DNA of 58,900 nt, filler included, from Bipalium vagum (GCA_037834085.1; 3 parts of 3 records of this genome joined end to end with filler, not necessarily neighbours in it); one strand, 5' to 3'. Positions 1 to 11,616 are shown, counted from the whole stretch's first letter. Notes: a model not told the origin generated them from the letters alone. Program-made: numbers and translations.

Positions 1-278
1 TGTTAACATTAAAACAATTTTTTACAATAAATATATTTTAAATTTAAATATACATGCTCATAACAGTAACAAAAAAATAAATAAAGTTTTTTAGATACAT
101 GCACATATACGAAGGATGATGATCACAAAGGTAAATAAAGTTTATAGATGATCACAAAGTTAAAGTTTTGGATTTGCAGGATTACTTGTCTTTGATGCCG
201 TTGCTGTTGTCGAGGTTGTAGCTTTGTTTGGTCGAGAGGTTGAAGCTTTGTTTGGTCGTAGTCTCCACAAAATGACGG

Positions 279-1778
279 CAGATTACAGGTGTACCAGTAT
301 TTGACTGCGAACTAATAGAGTTCGGTCACATATTTTCATTGGTAGATACAAACCAATGCAATCATTTAATTCCTCAAAATGTATCTAGTCAACAAGTTCC
401 CTATTATGTGTATTAGGAAGCAGAGTACTTCAGAACAACTGTAAGAGAATGTAGAGCCAAAATATCTACATTTGTATTTTATTGAGGAGGAAGATATCAT
501 GCTTACATCTTGGGAACAAAAATGATGCCTCGTGAATTGATGATTAGTAGAGAGGAATGTGAGAATGCCTTCAAGTACAATAACCTGTTTTGATATATCC
601 AAGTTGCACCAAATACGATCTCACGAGAGACAGTGGTCAGAGGAATTATTTATGCAGGGGGAAGTTGCCAATGAAAAACGGTTAATTGGCAAGGTCAGCA
701 ATTAGATAACGTAGTCCTAATAGAGCACTACGAAGTCGAGTTATTGACTTATGAGGATACATTTAATACAGATACAGGAACTCTAACAAATTGTCCATCA
801 TGTCAAAGCAAAAAAGAATATTGTAGGACATCAGGGGCTACACTATTGTACAATGCTCCGCCAACCGAATGTAATCTCAGACTCCTAAAAAGAAGTCAAT
901 TCACAGAGATACACGGAGTCCTATTCGTACCTAAAGCCAGTAGCCTACCAAAACTAGACAAAGCCTTTCCCTCACAAGGTGTCAGGATGACATAGTCAAA
1001 ATAACAAGTTACCCATACTGTTTTAATACAACAAAAAGAACAGATGAGATTTGTCAGAAAGGACAACATATTTAAATGTGGACAGAATATGTTCACAACC
1101 AATTATAAGGGGATACCTGTATCACAACAACCTGCAGAAGGGGCACAGAAAAAAGATACAATAGACGTCAAATTAGCCCAATATGTAAACAATAAACTTG
1201 ATTTTGTTTACCATGATTTGCAATCACAATTAAAGGACATGTATACGGAAGCAGTCCTCAATGATTGTAAATTAGCCCAAGAAATACTGCGAAACCGATT
1301 ATTGATACCAGTAAATAATCCAGAATTAGCATCACTCTTTTTATTAAAAGAAGGAGTGTTTGGGAGAGTGATGGGAGAAGCGTTATATACATACAAATGT
1401 CAAAAGTATGACGCACCAGTAGCAAAGTATAATTGTTGTACAAGTGATTTAAATATTGTACATAACGGTGAATTATGATTCGCCGCACCAATCACTAGGA
1501 TACTACTTAAGAAGGGTCTCCAACCAGTCAAATCTGTATGTGGACCTGTATTATCACCCTTATATAAATTTGGAAGTCAATGGGTGTCTCCACCGGAAAG
1601 AAAAAGACCGCATGAAAAAGTATATCCGCTCGAAGGAATTAATTTAGACAGTAATGTCAGATTCCGACCAATAAACAACCTCAATGAAGGAGGTATTTAT
1701 ACTGAAAAAGAATTAGAGGAAGTCAGGCAGTCAATACTATTTCCTCCAGATCAAGAAAGAGCATTCACGAAAACCGTG
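279..1778 (+). pseudogene. Chuvirus-like (class III fusion) envelope glycoprotein ectodomain, lacking signal peptide and TM
   Basis: One reading frame (codons at 282, 744, 1044, 1584) with at least 7 internal stops: ITGVPVFDCELIEFGHIFSLVDTNQC...ECRAKIS...YVNNKLDFVYHDLQSQLKDMYTEAVLNDCKLAQEILRNRL...GEALYTYKC...FAAPITRIL...GGIYTEKELEEVRQSILFP. Cys spacing and the YVNxK, GExxxxxKC and GIYTxxELxxxRxxILFP motifs match chuviral glycoproteins as I recall them. Confidence 0.8.
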
Positions 1779-4700
1779 AATTTCAGAAAACCGTTATATC
1801 CAGTTCATAATATAAAAACATTAAACAGGCAATATGAAGAGGAAAAGAGAAGGTTGGCACAAGGCATTCCTTCACATTGTTGTTTTATAGCTCTAAATCC
1901 GATAATGAATGAAGATTTAAGACCAACAATAAAAATCCGAATAAATAAGCATCATGTACATGCACTAATAGATACCGGTTCACAATCAACCCTATTAGAT
2001 GCCAGAATGCTTAACCAACAAGAAAAAGAATAAATGCAGAGAACGGACAGTACAATAATATGGATAGATGGTAAACGAATGCCACTATTAGAAACCCTTG
2101 AGTTTATTGTCACGATTTTAGATCAAAAAAGTATTACATAATGTGGATATAATGGAAAATAATTCCAACGAAAAAATAAAGCTTGTAAATTGGCAGAAAC
2201 AGTAGTAATTGAAGAGATTACTAAAATTCCACCTAGATCAGAACAAATTTGTCTAGTAAGTACAAATTTGAAAGAAGGAGACGAATTAGTCTTTGAACCA
2301 ACCATAATAAACAATAAAAATGAATATATTGTGGTATGTGACAGTGTTGGCATAGTAAAAAATGGAAAACTTACAATCAGAGTAGCCAACCTGGATATAA
2401 AACCAGTAGTGTTATTACCTAATACAGTAAATAAATACGAATTAGTTGTTCATACCACAGAAAAGAGGAAATATAAATATTATGAGCCTGTAAAAGTAGA
2501 AACTCCTACCTTGACAAAAGAACAGCAAGAAAAATTTACCTCTTTGTTGCGAAAATATCCAATAGTGTTTGCAAAACACGACTATGACATTGGACAATCC
2601 ACAATTTTGAAACATAAAATTCCTCTATTAGTTCAAAATCCCATTAAACAAAGGCCATACAGAGTGCCATATGCTCTAATACCCGAAATGGAAAAGACTA
2701 TTGACACTTGGCTTGAACAGGATATAATCAGACATAGCTCATCGCCATGGTGTTCACCTATGTTATTGATAAAAAAAGAAAGGATGTGAATGGCGACTAT
2801 GTATTGACTTTCTTAAAATAAATGAGGTAACAATCAAGGATAACTATCCTTTACCACTTATTGACGAAATGTATGATACATTAGGACGGTCTACTATATT
2901 CTGTACGATCGATCTACAAAGTGGGTACCTCAATATCGAAATAGAGGAGGAATCAAAACCAATAACCGCTTTTGTGACCAATAAAGGGTTATTTGAGCTT
3001 AATAAAATGCCGTTCGATCTCACGAGCGCACCAGCAACTTTTCAGCGGTCCATGAATATAATGTTAATGGACATAGATCATGCTATGGTGTATATTGATG
3101 ACATCATAGTTTATTCAGAATCCTTTGAGCAACAATTAAAAGATGTTGAAAATGTGTTAAAAAGGATAAAAATAGGAGGTTTTAAAATAAAACCATTCAA
3201 ATGTGACTGGGGAAAAAACTTAGTCAAATATCTCGGACATGTAATATCAGCAAAAGAGATAGAAACAGATCCCGATATTGTAAAGAAAATTATCGATACA
3301 CCAAATTCGAAAACAGTTAAAGATGTACAAACTGTATTGAGAATCGGTAATTATTACAAAAGGCAAATAAAAGGATTTGCATCCATAGTAGCCCTAATCA
3401 CAAGAAACACCATTCGTATGGGAAAAGGAACAAGATGATGCGTTTAAATTATTGAAACAAAGGTTATCTGAAAATCCAGTTTTAAGATATCCAGATTTTT
3501 CTAAACCTTTCCCACTCATGACAGACACTAGTGGTGTGGCCATCGGAGCTGTATTAGACCAAAAGGACAACAACGAATATGCTATAGCTTATGTAAGCCG
3601 TGGTCTTAAAAATCATGAAAAACACTATGCGGCAGTAGAATTGGAGTGTCTTGCGATCATTTTCGCTATTGATAAATTTAGAACATATCTATAGGGACAA
3701 GATAATAATTCTTACCGACCATAACCCATTACAATATTTATTGAAACATAAAGACTCGATATCCAAGCTCATCAGATGGACACTTAATTTGCAACCTTAC
3801 GATTTAGAAATACAATATCGTAAAGGAAAAGGAAACCTCAACGCCAATGCCATGTCGCGACCACCGATTGCAACAGAAAATGATTTGGTGACAAACCTAG
3901 TAAAAACAGTCTGTGCAGTACAACAGACTATTACTATGAATAAGTAAATTAATTAATAAATAAATTAAGGAGAACAACGCTGCCTTAAACAAGATAAAAG
4001 ATCAGAGTATGCTCAGTCCAAGGATAAATCTCAATTAGAAAAGGTTTAGATATCCGAAGCATAGATACTCACATTTCGCGAAAATTTGGATGCAGTAAAT
4101 GTCATCCCAAAGGCATTACAAGATATAATATTACTTCAATACCATGATAGTACTCTCGGTGGACTTTTATCCATTAGAAAACATTGTCCCGTGTACGACA
4201 AAAATATTACTGGCCAACATTGTGCGAAGATATTAAAAAATGGTGTAGAACATGCCCAGTATGTCAAACACGGAGAAACACGGAGGAAAAGTTTAAAATG
4301 CCATTAAAGCCAATGCCAGTACCACAAGCACTCATAGAAACAATCGCAATGGATATAACAGGACCATTTCCCGTATCCATAAATTGGAATGCTTATATTT
4401 TGGTCATGTGAGACTATTTTACTAAATGGCCTGAAGCTTACGCCATACCAAATCATCAAGCTAGCACAATAGCCAAAATATTTGTGGAAGAAATAGTGTT
4501 CCGATATGGAGTACCAAAGAAACTCCTAACTGATAGAGGAACAGAATTCATGAGTAATTTACTGGCAAGTATCAATGAATACGTCGGTATATTGAAAATT
4601 AATACTTCACCATATGACCCTCAAACCGACGGGTTAGTTGAACGATTGAACTACACACTAACAAGCATGTTAGCTAGTCATGTAAACTCATCTCAAAGAG

Positions 4701-5290
4701 ACTCCCTTCCTGTCTCTTTGCATATCGCAATGCGGTACATTTAGGAACACGATATACTCCATATTATCTAATGTACCTTCGAAATTCTAACATAACCGTA
4801 GACCTAATATGGCATACGCCCGTATCTCATCTCTCTGATGAAGAAAATTATCTATATCAAATGCGAGAAAGATTGCAGAAAACATGACCTCAAGTAGGAC
4901 TTTCTTTATTATATAGTCAAGAAAATATGAAAGACTACTACGATAAAAAGGTTAACAGTCAGCCATTAAGAGTTGACGACTTGGTCATGTTAGAATCCCC
5001 AGTGATCAAGAAAGGGCAAACTCAAAAACTAAATAGACCATTCAAAGGTCCATATAAAGTTCTAAAGGCTTTAGATGTAAATGTAGTATTAATTGATCCA
5101 AGAAAACCACAAAAGGAACTGATAATGGTTCATATGAATAGATTTTTAAAAGTTGAATCATCACCACTAACTGACAAATCTATTGATCAACCAAAGCAGA
5201 CTAAAAAGCCTACAAAGCCTACAGCAGAAGAGGTAGACAAATCACCTCACCGATATGAATTACGGCCACCAAAACCATCAAGAGTTTTGT
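1779..5290 (+). pseudogene. pol: Gypsy pol polyprotein pseudogene (aspartic protease, RT, RNase H, integrase)
   Basis: Protease ALIDTGS (~1962); RT PIKQRPYRVP..SSPWCSP..IDLQSGY..MPFDLTSAPATFQ..YIDD (~3091); RNase H TDTSGVAIGAVL..ELECLAI..TDHNPL; integrase YYWP..CRTCPVC, MDITGPF, LTDRGTEF, PQTDGLVERLN and GPYKV. Multiple stops and frameshifts. Confidence 0.95.
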
Positions 5291-6319
5291 TTTCCTTACC
5301 CATTATAACTATGATGTATTTAATAACAACCATCGAAAGATGGATTCAATATATATAAGGACGATGGAATAGTATATGTCAATATATCAACCACGAAAGG
5401 AATGCAAAAGCGTAATTTAACTAAAAAGCGCATCAGTTTTACTTTTACAGATATACAACCAGGTGTATAATATGGAATTTTTATCAATGCTAAGATGCCT
5501 GGAAAATGCGCCAATTACCCTGGTAACAATCTCTATTGGGAGGTCAAAACTCAAAAAACGTCTAGTGGATTGGTATAAAATGAGTGATAAAAAATATCTT
5601 CTAAGAATATCCGGAAATATATATGAACAAGTTAGATGCCATTGGGGACAATCAGGAAATCGAATAGTGATCTTGACTCATAAGTATCCATGGACAATAG
5701 TGGATACAAAAGAGGATACGAAAAAATATGTACACATACAAATTTACGAAGATCAAAAATGGCAATGTAAAGAGGAAAAAAAAATTACTGGTTAAATGAA
5801 ACGGATATCATAACCACTCAGGTGAACAAAATAACGGAGAAGAGTATAATAACTACTCTAAAATATGGTAACTACGCAAAAGAGTAGTTCAGTCATAATA
5901 AAGGAAATTAATACAGTATTATCCATTACATTCACTAGTAGAGTGGTACTCAAATGGAAACTAATAAAGCGTTAACTACGAAAACACAGAAAGTTACCAT
6001 GAGTGTAACTATTTCCACAAGAAAACCTGCGAGTTATAAAACTAAAGCAGTAGTTTCAACAACCACAAGAACTAAACTTGTGCAAAATCCAATTAATTGG
6101 CACATTGAGCCTCAATTGAAAGATCAGCATTCACCACTTAGATCATATGAATTGAATATGCAAAAGAGTGAATTACATCTGGTCAAAGAAAACCACGAAG
6201 AATCATCTAAATCAACTAAGATAATAAAAATTATTATTATAATAATAATGACATTATTAATCTCTTTAAGCATAATTTCTATAATAATATTTCAAAAGAA
6301 ATCGATGCGTAATTTATGA
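5280..6319 (+). pseudogene. Env-position type-I membrane protein: signal peptide, FN3-like motif, Thr-rich stalk, TM helix, short basic tail
   Basis: Hydrophobic VLFSLPIITMMYLITT in frame after the integrase tail HRYELRP; RISFTFTDIQPGV*YGIFINAK at ~5430-5495; Thr/Ser-rich 5800-6080; TM IIKIIIIIIMTLLISLSIISIIIF followed by QKK. Frameshifted. Confidence 0.65.
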
Positions 6320-6418
6320 CAATTACAGAAATCCCCATCACAGACACTGACTCAATGGAAAAATTCTGAATCAGTTAATAAATATGTTAATATTTTAATT
6401 TTTTTTCTACTTTTAGAA

Positions 6419-8098
6419 ATGAATATCACAGAATTCGAGAAAATTCCACTGAGCCAGTATTTGGGCAAAACAGATTCGTAGTTGCTCAAATACCGAGAAG
6501 AAATGAAACGTGTGAAGAAAATGTCGGGACTATGCACTATAGTTTATAGATCACCATAAACCATTCCAAATGCCACAAAATTCAAAGAAACAGGCAAAAG
6601 GGAAAGATGGATGTTTCTAGAAAAAGAAAAACAAACAGGTTTTCTAAAGGATCTCATCCCAGAATTATCAAATCCAAACTTTTTGGAGGATATTTACGTT
6701 CACATAGTAAAAATAATCCAGTCAGACTCCATATAGGAGGAGTCGACACTGCTTTAGAGATAGATAAAGAAGAATCTCTACAAGTATTCAATCTCAAAGG
6801 GAGAACAAAACAAATAGGGATAGAAATTAAAATCCCTGGATGTGTCTTTGTTATTGAGGCAAAACAATGCGAAAGTCCATTGCCACCCATCAACACTTCA
6901 CAAGAGGCTTTTCCCTTCCTACAAGATTTTAATAACGGAAAATCCTTTGTTATAAACAGGGACTCCCATTTATCCGATCATGTCATAATGAGCACGTTGA
7001 CATCTAAAGATGGTCGAACGGGGATAACACATTTAATAGGAATTACTTTGATGCGTTTATCTACAAAAATCATTATGAACTCGGTGGTAACACCCAGAAA
7101 ACAAATATTAAATATCAACACTCCACAAGTTGGGTTGTCGAAAAAAGATTTATTAAATCAATAGGGCGAGCTACAATGCAAACATGATTTGCGAGACGCT
7201 CTCAAGGATAAAGTATTGATCGGATTCAAAGTCAATGAAATGTTAAGACTGTGCTCGGTACCTTTCTTCATTTTAAAAGAGATAAGAGAAATTGGAAATT
7301 GTCCTTATATCAATTCAATTGGAACTTATGGTCAAAAGCGACTGGGTTTATAAGTAAAACAGTCGAAGCCAGAGAGGTGCAAGATTACTTCCTCAAGTGC
7401 GAAAAAGAAGCGCGCATCATTCGAGAGATATACAGAGTAGTTTATACTAAATGGAACGAGCATGATTCAAAACCACCAATAGCAATACCTACTCAGCCAA
7501 TAACGAAACCAGCCAGAAATGAAACAGAAGAAGAGATACTAGAGATAGAAGATAAAATTGAAGATGAATAGGTATCTCAAACCCAAAGCACAAGTACGAG
7601 CACTAGTCGATTTAAAAAAAACTGGTTAGAACCATACGAAATGATCTGTATGATAAACTAGTCATTGAACAACCAGCAAAGAAAAAGCAAAGGTTGGAAA
7701 AACCCTCAATCAGGTACAAAAACGACTACCAGCAAATAACACCCATCGATACAACAGATGTCGATGGTCCGCAATTACCAATCACGAAATTCGGAAAACG
7801 AAAAATCCAATTTCAATTTGAATTGGGTAATGACGAAAAATCAATTTCAGCAGCCTTACCACTTGGGTTCAAGCTGCAAGCTGCAATATACAAAAATCAA
7901 AAAGGACAATATCTATATGCAGCAATTCCTTCTCGGGACGAGAAAGCTTCGGAGGAGTGAGAAGTGTTGGGATCCATAGAAAAAGAGGTCCCAGCACCCA
8001 TCAATTCAAATCCAAAGTCCTCAAAGGAGCCGGAGCCACTACAGCCAGAACAAGAGCTTATGGAGGATGATTTTCCAAAGCTCATAATTGACACTTAA
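6419..8098 (+). pseudogene. Orphan retroelement accessory ORF (~550 codons, broken into 6607-7164, 7251-7571, 7694-7960 etc.)
   Basis: ATG 6419 follows a polypyrimidine tract and AG (6415-16); successive long + ORFs; NLS-like PAKKKQRLE at 7673-7699; acidic/Pro-rich C-terminus ending TAA 8098, overlapping AATAAA. Confidence 0.55.
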
Positions 8099-8389
8099 TA
8101 AACATTTTAATTGTGAAAATTTGCTTGAAAAGGCCTTGTTAGGCTTACTTTCTTTTATATTTTGATTCCTTTTATGTTATTTTATATATTTCAGTTTATA
8201 TTTTATAAAAATAATAATATTTAAATTATATGTCAGTTTTTAATTAATATAAATAAATAAAATAATAATAACATAAATTGTGGGTTGAATTTAATTAAAA
8301 CTTAACCCACAAAATTGATAAAAATAATTTTAATGAGTAATAATAAATCAGAAAATAACTAAAATTACATTAGTATGAAAAAATATTAA

Positions 8390-8967
8390 TATGTGGGAGG
8401 TAATATTTAGTAAGTTCTATAATATAAGAACTTTCCTAAAATAGCAAAAAACCCCATATTACTCTATTAATGAAAAGTTTTATTTCCACAAATAAAGGGA
8501 TCAGGAATATGAAAATCAGGAGTATATAAGCTCTTGGTTTTCTCATTCAATTCGCAATTAGATTCGTATTAGACAAGTTAAGCTGGTAAAAGGTAATAAA
8601 TACGCTTCGGCTATTTAAATCATACATCGATCTCTTTTGAGAAAATTCGAAATAATTAAATAATCATTAACGTATTCAGAGCAAATACTCTGCAATACGT
8701 TCTTTTTATTATATTCTCTCGTTTCTGTTTTTTGTTATCTTGGCAATTCGATTTTGCTTCGCTCTAGGCGACTAAAAACGTATTTTTAACATCAGGGATT
8801 CTTCGGTCATCCTAAAACCAAGGAGACTTTAATTAAGTAATATTATAATTGTGATAAGAAAGTTAGTTTGTATTTGTTTTACAAAATATATTTTTTTGAC
8901 AAAAATCGTGTCATCTCAGTTGATTTAATTAGACTTAGTTCGTATCTTAGAACACTCATTTGTTACA
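8390..8967 (+). repeat. Putative 3' LTR
   Basis: Follows the last ORF; purine patch GGGAGG (~8395), TATA-like GTATATAAG (~8522), AATAAA (~8595), ends TGTTACA 8961-8967. No second LTR in the window, so the 5' boundary is uncertain. Confidence 0.4.
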
Positions 8968-9299
8968 CTACCTTTGACGTAGTTGGTGAGCTCATTTCTA
9001 ACATATATTAATAGTGTTAGCATTTTTATATTTTCGAGATTAGATCTCGCAGTAAGCGTCGAACTAAACACTTACATACCCTTATTTTAATATATATCCC
9101 AGTAGTGGGCAAATGACTATTTTGTTTTGATTTTTTCAATATCGATTATCGAACAAGCTCAATTTTGTTTTACGATTTTCAATTTTATGAATTTTGAAAA
9201 ATGAAGGTGTTGCGTAATATTACTGTTTTACATATTTCAAATTCACTAGGTTTTAATTCCCATTATAATTATAATTCTATAAATCTTTTTATTTGTTTT

Positions 9300-10260
9300 A
9301 TGTCATATAATCTTTTTTATTTCACCCATCATGATTTTGACTAAATTTATAAGCCATTTATTTCTGAATTTTCTTTTTTGGAAGCATAGCTCCCAAAGCT
9401 TTACTCGCATTTGGATTAAAACATGGTTGAAATTTTTTTGTTATTTAGTTTATTTCTCAAGAAAATATTGTATTTTTTTCTTTGTATTGTTGAAATATCT
9501 GAAACACTTTATAATCTTTTAATTCTTCTTGACAATATATACACTTTCTTGGATTTAAATAATTGATTTTTTCATCTTCAGATATTATTATCTTATCTTT
9601 GAAAAAATTACTTGTCCTTCTTACTATTGAAGTTAAAATATTATTTATTTCATTTATAAATTCTTCTAATACATTTTCCCATAAAATTCAAAATATTTTG
9701 AGTTAAACAATTCTGGATAATCTCATAAAATCCTGCTGATAATAATTTTTATTCTATTATAAATTTTGTGTCTTCAGAAATATTTTTATTTATAAATGTA
9801 TCATAACATTCAAAATCACTGTGTATTAGAAATGAAATTCATTTCTAAAATAATGAGCTTTAAATTTACAATAATCTTCTTTTGGAAAGCTAACTTTTAT
9901 CTCTTCTTGTTTTTGGCATAATCTTATATGTTTATCAAGTAGATTTTCCGATAAATATGAATTTAAACAATTAAGATAAATGTGATTAATATTAAATTTT
10001 TTAAATGAAAATAAATTTATATTTTTACATAATACAATGACTATTAAAATAATAACAATTTTCATTTTTCTTTCTTCTATAATTGGATAAGCTATAAAAT
10101 GTTCAATATGGATTGATAACATTATTTTATTTTCATTTGTACTCTTTTCTGCTAGTTTAAATACATTTACACTAATATTATTTTGATAATTAAATTTTAT
10201 ATCTTCTAATTTCATTGGAAAATTTATATCATTTATATTTAATTCATTTATATTATATTC
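9300..10260 (-). mobile_element. Degenerate Polinton/adintovirus-like PolB-associated ORF fragment
   Basis: NNISVNVF..CLNSYLSENLLDKHIRLC..FKAHY..IHSDFEC (YADFE-like)..IISEDEKINYLNPRKCIYCQEE (CxxC typical of the endonuclease-VII-like region preceding protein-primed PolB). Confidence 0.6.
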
Positions 10261-10959
10261 ATTTATTATTTACTATGAACACTTTCGTAACACTTAGCTC
10301 GCAAAGTCTACTGACCCTTTCACTTTTGTCAATACGTGTACGCAAATGAATGAGTCAAACAACTACGAACAACGCTATTGCTAAAATAACAATAACAAAA
10401 TGTTTCCAAATAATCAATAAAATGTCTGCAATCAATCACACTGAAAATCAACGTCAAGAATAATAATCAATTAAATTAAAATTAAAAAATCAAATACCAA
10501 TATCATTAAATGTCAGCAAAGATTAAATATCAATTAATTTAAAAAGAGAAAAACAAAATCAAGATATTCTCACCACTTGTGACGACAGGTCTGGAAGAAT
10601 CCTGGAAGAAACAGGTGTGAGCCCAATCCTGTCGATAATACGTTTTGGACCAAGCATTTTAAATCTTCATCTTTTATCTTAACACAATATCGTGATGAAC
10701 TAAATGATAAGTTAACATATGAAGAACCAACTTATTTATGGTTGGGTGAGAGTGTTTGGTAAGACTGCCTGCTGCAGTTTGTTTGTTTATTTACAAGGGT
10801 CTCACTCTCATTAAATAAATTTTTATTTAGTGTGTTTTTGTGTTTCTTTTGAAGGGTGAGGTGCGAGCTCGATAGTTAGGCCCATAGCAACCATAGTAAT
10901 GTCAGGTACGCTAAGGTGGTAGGTTTGCGCCAACAATACTGTGTTGAAGTAGCTTAGGC

Positions 10960-11160
10960 TTGTCTACCAGTAACTCCTCACTTTCATAATGTTGTTCCCG
11001 TTATTCTGTTACACTCAACTTGAATCAAAATTATCACAATAAAACCTTATCTGTCTTCTAACTGAATCAAATCACCCACAATAATACTCTATCCACGCCC
11101 TGAGAACTGAATCAAAACACTCACTATAAAACTCACTATAAAATTCAATCAATAAGGAGA
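10960..11160 (+). repeat. Dispersed repeat with internal ~45-bp subrepeats (related copy at 57790-57945)
   Basis: cataatgttgt...actcaacttgaatcaaaa...caataaaaccttatctgt aligns by eye to cataatgttgt...actcaatttgaatcaaaa...caataaaactttatccgt. Confidence 0.55.
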
Positions 11161-11616
11161 AGACTGAAAGAGATAATTACTAAAGATAAAGTTCAGAAAG
11201 TAACAAAAAAATAAAATCGAATGATTTCACCAGGACCAACTAGGGGTCCTCGGGTTGCACTCTAGGCCTTTCGCATGTCACCTAGGGTTTCCCAAGCTCG
11301 TTGGTAAATCTTGAGATGGCATGTTCACTTATTCAAACCTTGAATCAGAAATTGGGAATTCGGTCCTTTTTGGAGTTGAATCTTTGAAAATATCGTCCGA
11401 TCGTCCTCGAATCTTTAAAATTGTTGTTTTTTGAGCAGCTTTCTGGGAATATCCATCTCTTTATACAGCCGTAAGGATTGGGCTACGATCAACAATCCAT
11501 ACGCTTCGAGGAGGCTATTTCCATCAATAACCACTTTTATTACAAAGATATATGCGACCGAAAGTAGTATTGTCCAAGAAGTGGATTGTGTGCCGGCAAA
11601 CAGAAGGAAAATAGTA

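Larger units (their letters stand above)
279..8967 (+). mobile_element. Decayed Ty3/Gypsy LTR retroelement with extra ORFs (glycoprotein-PR-RT-RH-IN-membrane protein-orphan ORF-putative 3' LTR); gag and 5' LTR not seen
   Basis: Domain order PR-RT-RH-IN with Gypsy-type motifs; all ORFs co-oriented on +; coding-like composition from ~280 to ~8100, then an LTR-like segment ending TGTTACA. Confidence 0.85.

Noticed and set aside
366-1491. Minus-strand ORFs 366-602, 896-1102, 1208-1396, 1258-1491 and plus ORF 1456-1647
   Set aside because: Shadow frames of the glycoprotein pseudogene.
11005-11150. CRISPR-like repeat-spacer pattern
   Set aside because: Units are degenerate, the spacers resemble each other, the context is eukaryotic and there are no cas genes.
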